Positions 1 to 10,100 of a DNA stretch of 48,077 nucleotides are shown piece by piece. The stretch comes from Campylobacterales bacterium (GTDB lineage Bacteria > Campylobacterota > Campylobacteria > Campylobacterales > QNZT01). Position numbers and translations under genes: made by a program. Every line of letters begins with the position of its first letter. Positions within the stretch are counted from its first letter, which is position 1. The stretch is taken from the NCBI GenBank assembly GCA_027055005.1, contig JALUNR010000025.1, forward strand, positions 1 to 48,077, given 5' to 3'. The notes beneath the pieces were generated by a model. It made no database searches. It saw nothing but the letters and a program-made list of their open reading frames with translations, and was not told where the DNA came from.

Positions 1-2
1 AA

Positions 3-164
3 GGAGATATTCAAGTTAGTGAAAAAACTCAAAATAAAGATAAAGCATTTATGGCATTGGAGAGTTTAGGATTTAAAAAAGAATCAATTAAAAAAGCTAT
101 GAAATTATGTAAAAGTGAAGAAATAGAAGAGTTGATAAAAGAAGCATTAAAATATTTGAGGTAG
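3..164 (+). CDS. ruvA: Holliday junction helicase subunit RuvA, C-terminal fragment (5' end lies outside the window)
   Basis: Frame 3 reads GDIQVSEKTQNKDKAFMALESLGFKKESIKKAMKLCKSEEIEELIKEALKYLR, then TAG at 162-164. This fits the short helical RuvA domain III pattern (ALxxLGFxxxxxxKA). ruvA directly upstream of ddl is the arrangement I recall from Campylobacter. Confidence 0.6.
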   Translation, partial: GDIQVSEKTQNKDKAFMALESLGFKKESIKKAMKLCKSEEIEELIKEALKYLR

Positions 165-167
165 GTT

Positions 168-1202
168 ATGGTGAAGTATGCAATAGTTTTTGGTGGAGTT
201 AGTTTTGAGCATGAGATAAGTATAGTTAGTGCAATAGCATTAAAAGATGTTTTAAAATATGAGTTAGATTTTATATTTATAGATACAAATAGAGATTTTT
301 ATCATATTGATGTGAAAGATATGAAGTCAAAATATTTTAGTAGTGGTGACTATAAAAAGGCTGATAAACTTAACTTAAAACAAGGAGGCTTTTATAAAAA
401 AGCTTTTATGGGTGAGAAAAAAGTTGAGTTTGATATAGTTATAAATCTAGTTCATGGTGGAGATGGAGAAGATGGAAAATTAGCAGGAATTTTTGAATTT
501 TTTGGTGTTAAATTTATAGGACCTAGAGTAGAAGCTAGTGTTTTTAGTTTTAACAAGTTATATACAAAATTATATGCAAAAGAAGTTGGTGTTAAAGTAG
601 TTGATTATGAAGTTTTAAGAGATAGAGAAACATCTTTGAAGATGGATTTTCCAGTTATCATAAAACCATCTCGCCTTGGAAGTTCTATTGGAGTTAGTAT
701 AGTAAGAAGCAAAGAAGAATTAGAATATGCACTTGATGTAGCATATGAATTTGACAATGAAATAGTAGTTGAACCTTTTATAGAAGGGGTTAAAGAGTAC
801 AACTTAGCTGGTGGATTTGGTAAAGATTTTATATTTTCGATAGTTGAAGAGCCTCAAAAAAGTGAGTTTTTAGACTTTGAAAAAAAATATATGGATTTTA
901 GTAGAACTGAACAAGTTTTAAAAGCTGATATAGATGAAAGCTTAAAACTAAAAATGCAAGAAGAGTTTAAAAAGATATATGCTAACTTGTTTAAGGGTGC
1001 GATAATAAGATGTGACTTTTTTGTAATAGATGGTGAAGTTTACCTAAATGAAATAAATCCAATTCCAGGGAGTTATGCGAACTATTTATTTGAAGATTTT
1101 AATAAAGTAGTCGATGAGGTAAGTAGTAATCTTCCACGAGCAAGAGTTATAAATATAGAGTATAGTTATATAAACTCTATTGTAAAAGCAAAAGGAAAAT
1201 AA
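168..1202 (+). CDS. ddl: D-alanine--D-alanine ligase
   Basis: 344 aa. The N-terminal FGGVSFEHEISIVSA motif and the ATP-grasp body (IIKPSRLGSSIGVSIV, NEINPIPGS) are typical of Ddl. Confidence 0.9.
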   Translation: MVKYAIVFGGVSFEHEISIVSAIALKDVLKYELDFIFIDTNRDFYHIDVKDMKSKYFSSGDYKKADKLNLKQGGFYKKAFMGEKKVEFDIVINLVHGGDGEDGKLAGIFEFFGVKFIGPRVEASVFSFNKLYTKLYAKEVGVKVVDYEVLRDRETSLKMDFPVIIKPSRLGSSIGVSIVRSKEELEYALDVAYEFDNEIVVEPFIEGVKEYNLAGGFGKDFIFSIVEEPQKSEFLDFEKKYMDFSRTEQVLKADIDESLKLKMQEEFKKIYANLFKGAIIRCDFFVIDGEVYLNEINPIPGSYANYLFEDFNKVVDEVSSNLPRARVINIEYSYINSIVKAKGK

Positions 1203-1204
1203 AA

Positions 1205-1819
1205 ATGAGTTTTTTGACAAATTTCAATGGACAGATGTACATTTTAGCATACTTAGTTGCTAGTATCCCTTTTGGGCTTATACTTGCTAAAGTATTTGGA
1301 AAAGTTGATGTGAGAAAAGAGGGAAGTGGAAATATTGGTGCAACAAATGTGTTAAGAGTATTGAAGCAAAAAAATCCAGCTCTTGCTAAAAAAATAAGTA
1401 TTTTGACTCTTGTTTGTGATATTTTAAAAGGAGTATTACCACTTTTGTTTGCAAAATATTTAGGTGCAAGTGAAGCTACTTTATGGGGTATGGCAGTTTT
1501 AGCAGTCTTAGGGCATTGTTTTAGTATATTTTTGATGTTTGAAGGTGGAAAAGGTGTTGCTACTGGATTAGGGGTTATGCTTGTTATGATTCCTTATGCT
1601 GCTATTGTTGGATTGATTGTTTGGGGTATTAGTGCAAAAACTATTAAGATTTCATCTTTGTCGTCACTTTTAGGTATTTTTGCTCTTTTGATAGCATCTT
1701 TTATTTTATATCCAAACATTTATCATTCACCAGTTGTGATAATAGTACTTTTAATAGTATATAAACATAGCTCAAATATTATAAATCTTTTAAGTGGTAA
1801 GGAAAAAAGAGTTGTATGA
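1205..1819 (+). CDS. plsY: Glycerol-3-phosphate acyltransferase PlsY
   Basis: 204 aa polytopic membrane protein with the GSGNIGATNVLR motif and the GGKGVATGLG motif. Confidence 0.9.
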   Translation: MSFLTNFNGQMYILAYLVASIPFGLILAKVFGKVDVRKEGSGNIGATNVLRVLKQKNPALAKKISILTLVCDILKGVLPLLFAKYLGASEATLWGMAVLAVLGHCFSIFLMFEGGKGVATGLGVMLVMIPYAAIVGLIVWGISAKTIKISSLSSLLGIFALLIASFILYPNIYHSPVVIIVLLIVYKHSSNIINLLSGKEKRVV

Positions 1820-2147
1820 GATAATCATCTCTAAACTTACTTTTAAAACTATCATAGGAATACTTGATTTTGAAAGGATAAAACCTCAAAAAGTTAGGGT
1901 TAATTGTAGGGTTAGCTATAAAAAAAAAGAGGATTTTATAGATTATGCAAAAGTTAGTAAATTTATAAAATCTACTATGAAAGATAAAAAGTTTAAACTT
2001 ATAGAAGATGCTGTTGATGACTTGAGTGCATCCTTGATAAAAGAGTATCCACAAATAATAAAGTTAAAATTAAAAATATCTAAGCCTGATATTTTAAAAA
2101 ATTGTAAGGTCAGTGTTAAAAAAGTAACCCAAAAGGATACTTTATAA
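1794..2147 (+). CDS. folB: Dihydroneopterin aldolase (FolB family); start uncertain, GTG 1794 or TTG 1812
   Basis: About 111-117 aa. The KLTFKTIIGILDFERIKPQKVRVNCRV pattern matches the FolB N-terminus. The gene overlaps the plsY stop. An A9 run lies at 1920-1928 inside the CDS. Confidence 0.65.
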   Translation: MVRKKELYEIIISKLTFKTIIGILDFERIKPQKVRVNCRVSYKKKEDFIDYAKVSKFIKSTMKDKKFKLIEDAVDDLSASLIKEYPQIIKLKLKISKPDILKNCKVSVKKVTQKDTL

Positions 2148-2195
2148 GAAATTTTTAAATTTAGTTTAAAAAAACTTTAATTTTTGATTTTTTTT

Positions 2196-2204
2196 TGCTA
2201 CAAT
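2196..2204 (+). promoter_or_regulatory. Candidate extended -10 promoter (TGcTACAAT) for the two-component operon
   Basis: TGCTACAAT is preceded by a T9 tract (2188-2196). It sits 34 nt upstream of the ATG at 2238. The RBS AAGGAAGG is at 2227-2234. Confidence 0.4.
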
Positions 2205-2237
2205 GTTTTTTAATAAAAATTATAAGAAGGAAGGTTT

Positions 2238-2909
2238 ATGAGAGTACTCATAGTGGAAGATGAAATAACATTAAATAGAACTTTAGTTGAGGGACTTCAA
2301 GAGTTTGGTTATCAAGCTGATAGTTGTGAAAATTTTAAAGATGCTGAGTATTATATTGGTATTAGAAATTATGATTTAATACTAACTGATTGGATGCTTC
2401 CAGATGGTGATGGTATTGAGCTTGTTACTGCTGTTAAACATAAATCTCCAAGAACAGCTTGTGTTGTACTTTCTGCAAAAGATGATAAAGAGAGTGAGAT
2501 AAAAGCACTGAAAGCTGGTAGTGATGATTATATCAAAAAACCTTTTGACTTTGATATCTTGATAGCTAGAATAGAAGCAAGACTTAGATTTGGTGGTACA
2601 AATGTTATAAAGATTGATGATTTGCTTATAGATCCTGATGAAGAAAAGATAAGTTATAATGGCATTGAAATAGAACTTAAAGGTAAGCCTTTTGAAGTTC
2701 TTACTCATTTAGCAATACATAGTGATCAAATAGTTTCAAAAGAACAACTTTTAGATGCAATATGGGATGAACCAGAGCTTGTTACACCAAATGTAATAGA
2801 AGTTGCTATAAATCAAATAAGACAAAAAATGGATAAACCACTAAATATTTCAACAATAGAAACAGTTAGAAGAAGGGGTTATAGGTTTTGTTATCCGAAA
2901 AAAGCATAA
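2238..2909 (+). CDS. OmpR/PhoB-family response regulator
   Basis: 223 aa. The receiver domain has VEDE and the phospho-acceptor context LILTDWMLPDGDG, plus KPF. The C-terminal winged helix ends in VRRRGYRF. Confidence 0.9.
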   Translation: MRVLIVEDEITLNRTLVEGLQEFGYQADSCENFKDAEYYIGIRNYDLILTDWMLPDGDGIELVTAVKHKSPRTACVVLSAKDDKESEIKALKAGSDDYIKKPFDFDILIARIEARLRFGGTNVIKIDDLLIDPDEEKISYNGIEIELKGKPFEVLTHLAIHSDQIVSKEQLLDAIWDEPELVTPNVIEVAINQIRQKMDKPLNISTIETVRRRGYRFCYPKKA

Positions 2910-4237
2910 AAAAGAAATTCATATTACAACTGATACTTGCTTCAGTCGTTTTAATAGCTATTTTCTCTGTTGTGTTGTATAGTTATATCAAAATTTCTAT
3001 ACTTGATGATATTACTAATTCACTTAAAAATGAAGCAAATAGTATTTTAAAAGAGGATAAACTCAAGTCTCCTTTTTCAAAAAAACCAACAAGTATTAGT
3101 GTATCAAATGCTATTTCTCATGTTTCAGATAAGGTGGAAGTAGTTATAAGGGTTGATAAAGAACCAAAAGAGAGTTTTGAAGAGTATGAAAAAGATGGGA
3201 AAAAATTTTTAAGTATTTATACTCCATATGATAAATCAAGAAGTAGTTTTTTGATTGTTACAAAAGATATTACAGGTACATATTCACTTTTTTCAAAAAT
3301 CTTAAATAGTATCATACTTGTAAATCTTATAGGTGGTATTATTATATTGGCTTATGCTTTTTTTCTATCAGAAACTTTACTATATCCAGTTAAAAATATA
3401 AATAGAAAATTAGCTAGAATGAATGAAAACTTTTTAGAACATATTGATGCAGATGAATTGCCAACAGAGTTCGTATCCTTGGGAGAGAGTATAAACAAAC
3501 TAATAGATAGGATACAAAACTTTGTAAAATACCAAAAAGAACTTTTTATAGGAGCGGCTCATGAACTTAAAACTCCGCTTGCTGTTATGAAAACTAAAAA
3601 TGAAGTAACTTTAATAAAACAAAGGGATAGCCAAAAATATATAGAAACTATTAAAACGAACAATAAAGCTATTGATGGTATGAATAGTATGATAAGTTCA
3701 ATACTAGAGATAGGAAGACAGGAAGGTGCACAGTTTGAAGCTCCTATTGAGCTAAATGTAATAGAATTTTTAGAAGAAAAAAATAAAGATTACAATCTTT
3801 TATCAGCCAATAAAAATATATCTATAAAGATGGATTTAGAACCTGAGAGATATTGTATCTTAACTCAACCAACTCTTTTAACTCATATTTTACAAAACTT
3901 TATGCAAAATGCTATAAAATTTTCTCCTAAAGGAAGCACTATCCTTATAAAAAGTCGTTTAAATGGTGATGATTTTAAGTTAGAAATATATGATGAGGGA
4001 GAAGGTTTAGATGAAACTAAAGATTTATTTGCTCCTTTTAAAAGGTATAGTGATAAAAGTGGTGCTGGATTAGGACTGTTTTTAGCAAGAGGTGCAGCTG
4101 ATGCAATAGGGGCAAAACTTAGTTTAAAAAACAGAACAGATGGTATAAGTGGTGCTATTGCTATCATAGAGTTAAATGCAAAAAACTTTTGTCCAACAGA
4201 TGAAGAACCATCCAAAAAATCAATCTTTGGACGGTAA
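2888..4237 (+). CDS. Sensor histidine kinase (two TM segments, periplasmic loop of about 110 aa)
   Basis: 449 aa with a TTG start that overlaps the regulator gene by 22 nt; RBS AAGGGG lies upstream. H-box AAHELKTPL, N-box QNFMQNAIKFSP, G-boxes YDEGEGL and GAGLGL. Confidence 0.85.
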   Translation: MLSEKSIKKKFILQLILASVVLIAIFSVVLYSYIKISILDDITNSLKNEANSILKEDKLKSPFSKKPTSISVSNAISHVSDKVEVVIRVDKEPKESFEEYEKDGKKFLSIYTPYDKSRSSFLIVTKDITGTYSLFSKILNSIILVNLIGGIIILAYAFFLSETLLYPVKNINRKLARMNENFLEHIDADELPTEFVSLGESINKLIDRIQNFVKYQKELFIGAAHELKTPLAVMKTKNEVTLIKQRDSQKYIETIKTNNKAIDGMNSMISSILEIGRQEGAQFEAPIELNVIEFLEEKNKDYNLLSANKNISIKMDLEPERYCILTQPTLLTHILQNFMQNAIKFSPKGSTILIKSRLNGDDFKLEIYDEGEGLDETKDLFAPFKRYSDKSGAGLGLFLARGAADAIGAKLSLKNRTDGISGAIAIIELNAKNFCPTDEEPSKKSIFGR

Positions 4238-4488
<251 letters not shown>

Positions 4489-4489
<1 letters not shown>

Positions 4490-5919
4490 TGGCAAAAATC
4501 ACTGCGGTTATAGATATAGGTTCAAACTCTATAACATTAAAAATCTATGAAAAAACTTCAAGACTTGCTTTTTATGAACTCCATCGTCTTAAATATAAGA
4601 TAAAAATAGGTGAGGGTAGTTATGAAAGTAGTGGTATTTTACAAGAGACACCGATGCAAAGGGCTTATGAAGCCTTAAAAGATTTTTCATATATCATAAA
4701 AGCATATAAAGTTAGAAAAACTCTTTGTGTTGCTACTTCTGCACTTAGAGATGCACCAAATAAAAAAGAGTTTATAAAAAAAGTTGCAAATAAACTGGAT
4801 ATAAAAATAAAAGTTATAGATGGAGATAGTGAGAGTATTTTAGGTGCTATAAGTGCCATAAACCTTTTACCAAAGATGGATAGTTTTACAACTATTGATA
4901 TAGGTGGAGGTTCTTGTGAATTTGCAAAAATAGTAAATGGTAAAGTTATAAAAACTACTTCTTTACAACTAGGACATGTTAGACTTAATGAAAAGTTTAA
5001 AACTAAAAGTGAAAAATTAGATTATATAAAAACCGAGTTAGAAAAACTAGATACTATTTTTTGTGATAAAATAGTCGTTGGTATTGGTGGTAGTATAAGA
5101 GAAATTTCAAAATTTATACAAAAAAAGAGTAAGTATCCCCTAAAATCTCTACATGGATATCAATATGATTTTGAAAAAAACAGATATTTACTTGAAGAAC
5201 TATCTAATTATGATGAATCAAAGTTAGATAAATATATATCTTCTAACCGATTAGATACCATAAAAGATGGAAATCTTATATTTTTACAATCACTTTTGAG
5301 ACTTCGATGCAAAAGTATTATGGTAAATCAAAAAGGAGTTAGAGAAGGTGTTTATCTAAAGGATTTACTTAGAAGTTTTAATTCTAAATTTCCTGTTAAT
5401 TTTGATTTAAATCTCAAAGTTATTGAGGATAGATTTATAGATACTCCAAAAGTAAATAATTATATAAAAAGAGTTGCTATATCACTTTATGAAGTTATAA
5501 GGGAAGACGATGCATATAAAAAAGATATAGCATTTTGTGCAAAAGTTTTAAATATTTTAGATTTTAACTTTTATTCATGGATTGATTATTTAGATTTTGG
5601 TATAACTCATGAGAAAAAAGTATTGATTGCTTATTTGATGGAGTGTTTTAATAACAAAAAATTAGATGAAGAATTATATGAAAAATATATCATATTGCTT
5701 CCAAATTTTAAGATTTTAAAAGTTTTGTTTTTTATACTTCAGTTAAGTAATATTATAGGTAAAAATATGCTAATACAAAAGTTTAAAATAATAAATAATA
5801 AAAATGAGATAAACATAATTTTAGAAGATATCAGTAGTATGAGCATAAAAGAGATAGAGGATTTAAAAAATCCTACTAATAAAAATATAAAGGTAATAAG
5901 TGGAAGAGAAAGCATATAA
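4489..5919 (+). CDS. Ppx/GppA-family phosphatase (exopolyphosphatase / pppGpp phosphohydrolase)
   Basis: 476 aa. The GTG start shares one nt with the ferredoxin stop (TAGTG). ASKHA-fold motifs are VIDIGSNSI, DIGGGSCEF and GIGGSIR. Confidence 0.8.
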
Positions 5920-6625
5920 ACTTTTAGCTCTACAAGAGGGTATAACAAATAGAAGTGCAAAAGATTTGATTGATTGTGGGTTAGTTTATGCCCATGGTAA
6001 AAAGATTGTTATGGCAAGAGCTTTGATGGATGCAAGAACTAGATTTAGAGTTGAAAAACCACAAAGTATTAAGAAGATTTTTGAAGATGATAATCTTATA
6101 GCAGTAAATAAACCTGCTTTTTTAACAAGTGAACAAATCTCAAAAAAATTTAAAACACCACTTTTACATAGATTAGATCGTGAAACTAGTGGGGTATTGC
6201 TTTTGGTAAAAAATGAAGAGTTTCAAAAAAAAGCTATTGAAGAGTTTAGAAAAATGCAAGTTTTAAAAGAATATATAGCCTTAGTTTGTGGTAGAGTTGC
6301 TGAAAGTTTTGAAGTAAACAAACCAATACTTGTTATCAAAAAAAATGGAACTGTATATTCAAAGATTAGCGAAAAAGGAAAAGAAGCGATAAGCTTTGTA
6401 GAGCCATTGGAGATAGAAGGAAAATTTTCAAAAGTAAAAATAACTATAAAAACAGGAAGAACACATCAAGTAAGAGTTCATCTAAGTGATAGTGGTTATT
6501 CAGTTCTAGGGGATAGAAAATATGGTGGGAAAAATGCAAAAAGAGTTATGCTTCACTCACAAAAAATAGCACTTTTAGACTATGAATTTGAAGCTGAACC
6601 TCCAAAAGATTTTAGGATTTTATGA
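5900..6625 (+). CDS. RluA-family pseudouridine synthase with an N-terminal S4-like segment
   Basis: 241 aa. The catalytic motif HRLDRETSGVLLLVKN and the GRTHQVRVHL motif are present. It overlaps the ppx gene by 20 nt. Confidence 0.85.
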   Translation: MEEKAYKLLALQEGITNRSAKDLIDCGLVYAHGKKIVMARALMDARTRFRVEKPQSIKKIFEDDNLIAVNKPAFLTSEQISKKFKTPLLHRLDRETSGVLLLVKNEEFQKKAIEEFRKMQVLKEYIALVCGRVAESFEVNKPILVIKKNGTVYSKISEKGKEAISFVEPLEIEGKFSKVKITIKTGRTHQVRVHLSDSGYSVLGDRKYGGKNAKRVMLHSQKIALLDYEFEAEPPKDFRIL

Positions 6626-7197
6626 TGAATAAAGGGTTAGAAAAGTTTAGAAATCTTATAGATGCTCTATCTCAACTTCCATCAGTTGGGAAAAAATCAG
6701 CTACTAGATTTGCTTATCACTTAGTTTTAAGTGATCCATTTTCCGCCCTAAAACTTTCCCATGCAATAGAAAGTGCAGTAAGTTCAATAAAAAAATGTTC
6801 CAAATGCAGAGGTATAAGTGAAGATGAAATATGTGAAATATGCCTTGATGAGTATAGAGAAGATAAAAAACTTTGTATTGTAGAAAGCCCAAAAGATATA
6901 TTGGTTTTAGAAGATAGTTCAGTTTATGATGGAAAGTATTTTGTTTTAGAGTCTTTAGAAAACTATGTTATTAAAGATTTAAAATCTTTAATAGAACAAA
7001 GAGATATAGAAGAAATAATCTTTGCTATGACCCCATCTTTGGCAAACGATAGTGTCATACTTTTCGTAGAAGATAAACTAAGTGAGTATGAAATAACTTT
7101 TTCAAAAATAGCACAGGGAGTGCCGACTGGAGTTGGACTTGAAAATGTAGATATGCTTTCACTTAGTAAAGCTTTGAGTGATAGAGTGAAGGTTTAA
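6622..7197 (+). CDS. recR: Recombination protein RecR
   Basis: 191 aa. Helix-hairpin-helix LPSVGKKSATRFAYHL, C4 zinc finger CSKCRGISEDEICEIC and a Toprim region are present. There is an ATGA overlap with the preceding gene. Confidence 0.9.
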   Translation: MMNKGLEKFRNLIDALSQLPSVGKKSATRFAYHLVLSDPFSALKLSHAIESAVSSIKKCSKCRGISEDEICEICLDEYREDKKLCIVESPKDILVLEDSSVYDGKYFVLESLENYVIKDLKSLIEQRDIEEIIFAMTPSLANDSVILFVEDKLSEYEITFSKIAQGVPTGVGLENVDMLSLSKALSDRVKV

Positions 7198-7199
7198 CC

Positions 7200-10100
7200 C
7201 TACCACTCTAAAGATTGATTTTTGATTTTTGATATATCTGTATCAACTGTTTTCCCTTTTAACCCTTCTCCTGCCCAAACTCCTCCAGATGAAGTAAATT
7301 CTACATTAAAAAAGTGTTTTATATTGGATGGATATGGGATAGTACTAAATCTATTATATTGTAAATATGTTTGATTTGGTATATAGGATATCCTATCATT
7401 ATGAGGAACTTTTGATACAGTAATATGTATAGTTGCTTCATCAGATGCTGGATGAGTGGCAGTTGCACCATATAATGCATTTGGAGAGTTATAATCACAA
7501 ACCCCAGCACCAAAATTATTGTAAACACTACTTGGAAGTATATACCAGTAAACACTATCTATACTAGCTTTTCCATTTGCCAATAAAAACTTTGTTTTAT
7601 CACAAGTTTTACAATAAATCTCATAGTATAGCTTTGCATTTAAAACTTTTCCAACAACACTTTGAGGTGATGGTGCATGGGCTCTTCCATAGTAAAAATG
7701 AGCTGTTATATTTGGATTTATATTTTTTATATTTGATGTAGATCCATCATCAGCTTTTATTTTTGATATAGATAAAATATTAGGTTCTTTTGCTATTTTG
7801 TTGTTTCTTGAGAGATTTAGTTTTATATTTTTTGTTGTTTTACCATTATTATATGAAGATTTATTAACTGATATTACAAACTTACTTGCATCTTGTGATA
7901 CAATATGTTTATTTGATACAAATGTTTGCCTATCTTTAGTATTTGAATTTGTATAAAAAATAGTTAGTTTTGTATCTTTTGCATAACAATTATTTGTATA
8001 ATTTGACAAAACATTTCCACTTCCATCAGTAGCAGAAATATTTACAGCCAAATTTGCTCCCATGGAAGAAGGGTTATTTGCATAAAAAGTTATATTGCTT
8101 GTAGCATCACTTAAACTTGGATTTATAGTAAACTTTTTAGGTACAAAAGTTATAGTTTTAGTATCTTTAGGGATTAACCTTTGAGATTTTGGAGTGTCAC
8201 CAGTATCTACTTTTGCAAATTCACTACCCAACTTTTCCTCTACTGTTATATCAACTTTTCCTACATTGTTATATTTAGCATGTGTATCATTTAAAGTTCC
8301 ATTTGTAAAGTTATTGGTAGATAGTGTTAAACGACCAGTTAAACAAGATGGAGATTTTTCATCTTTTGGAGTTATAGTAAATGAAGTATTTTTTACTTCA
8401 CTATAACCATTTGATGGATTATTGTTAAAATCAATTGCTTCAACCTTAAAGTTGAAATCATCACCAGCTTTTTGAAAACTTGTAGGTAGTGTTATTTTAA
8501 ACTGTTTTGGTCTTATAGCAAAATTATCTATAGAAGTTTGATACTCAGTTTTATTAGTTTTAGTATTTGTCCATTTTAATTCTATTTTAGCATTTTTATT
8601 TGCATAAGTACTAACAAGAGTTTTAAATGTACTTTTTTTATTATAAATATCTAATGATTGCCAGTTTGTAATTGTCTTTCCAGTAGAATTATCTATTATT
8701 CTAATAAATACATCTTTTGCTATATCGTTATTTTTTAAATTTCCACTTTCATCTACTGAATATATATAACTTATAAAGTTTTTCTTTACAATCTTAGTTT
8801 TTATTTTATTATTACAATGCTCTGGACAATCTGTGATTAGAAATTTTATATCATCATTTATAATATGTACTTTAATTTTATTATTAGTAAATACTATTTT
8901 ATCATCTGAAGATAATAAAGTTATATAAAAATATTCATCACTTTCTACCTTTTTATCTCCTATTATTATATTTGGTATATTTATAGTATTATCAGAAAAA
9001 TCAATTTTCCCTCCACTTTGATAATCTGTATTGATTTTTGCAGTTCCATCACTCAAAGTGTAGTCAAAACTTACATCACTTGGAATCGTACCATCAGCTG
9101 TAAGTTTTATAGATATACTTTTTGTACCACTATTTCCTTCTACTATATCTATATTCTTTGGAGCGGTAATTTTTATTTTTTTTGTTGTTGGATTACAAAA
9201 ATTATTAACTGCATTTCCATCATAGTTTATAATAGATTCGTTGTTTATATCTATATAGTTAGCTGTTAAAGCTCCTGTTATTTTGGTATGATCATTTATC
9301 TGTATATCACCATCAGAATAGAAAATACCTTTAAAATCTACATGTGAATTAATATCAATAATCTTTTTTGCAAAAACAACAAACTTATCTGCACTTGGAA
9401 TATGTTGCATATTATTACCGCTATTTAAATAAAAAGTGTTTGTATATATTTTTAAACTACCATTTACATAAAAAACTCCTTCTTGATTAGAATCAAATTT
9501 ATCAGCATAAATAACTACATTACCATTTATATGAATTTTTGAATTTGAATTTATATAAAAATCACTTTGTGATTTAATAGTGACATCTCCATTTATAGTT
9601 ATATCATTATTTTTCCCTGTCTGAAATTTTTTGTATTCTTTATTTGATGAAATAGTAAGATAACTATCATTATCTAAGATTTTATCTCCATCACTTCCAT
9701 TTCCTAAATCAAGATTAAAATCCATTTTACTTGCAAGTGTATTACTTTTCACACAAGGTGCATTATCACACTCTACTCCATCATTTACTTTTAGAACTTT
9801 AGTTGTAATAGTATGATTAGTAGTACCATCTATTTTAGTATTTTGATTAATTTGAACTTCATCATAAGTTGAACTTACGGCACCAGGAAAAGTAGATTGA
9901 CATTCTCCAGTAGGGGGAGTAGAGTCACCTCCACTTGCTAAAGCACATCTTGCACCATCTGCATTTGACAGTTGATCATTTATTTTTTGATCTAATCTTC
10001 TTGCATCTACTACTTTTTTATTTCTTATGTCTATTTTATAAAGATAAAAACCTGGATGAGCCTTATATGAATTTACATAAAGAGAACCTTCTGCATCGAA

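Noticed and set aside
605-802. This stands for the many 60-140-aa ORFs in the track that lie antisense to or out of frame within long, well-supported genes. Examples are 605..802, 1779..2054, 2382..2708, 3883..4311, 4247..4495, 8194..8406, 9018..9269, 19109..19471, 21237..21828, 31280..31468, 38713..38973 and 41305..41556.
   Set aside because: Each is fully nested in a CDS with strong family motifs. Their translations are low-complexity and rich in F, L, I, S and K, as expected from AT-rich antisense sequence. None has a convincing RBS or a recognisable motif. I treat them as shadow ORFs.
1920-1928. Homopolymeric A/T tracts might act as phase-variation switches: A9 in folB at 1920-1928, T9 upstream of the response regulator at 2188-2196, and T9 in mlaF at 39080-39088.
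   Set aside because: Runs of 8-9 A or T are expected at this base composition. They fall in housekeeping genes, and the contingency loci known in this phylum typically use poly-G/C tracts. I saw no poly-G/C tract of 8 or more.
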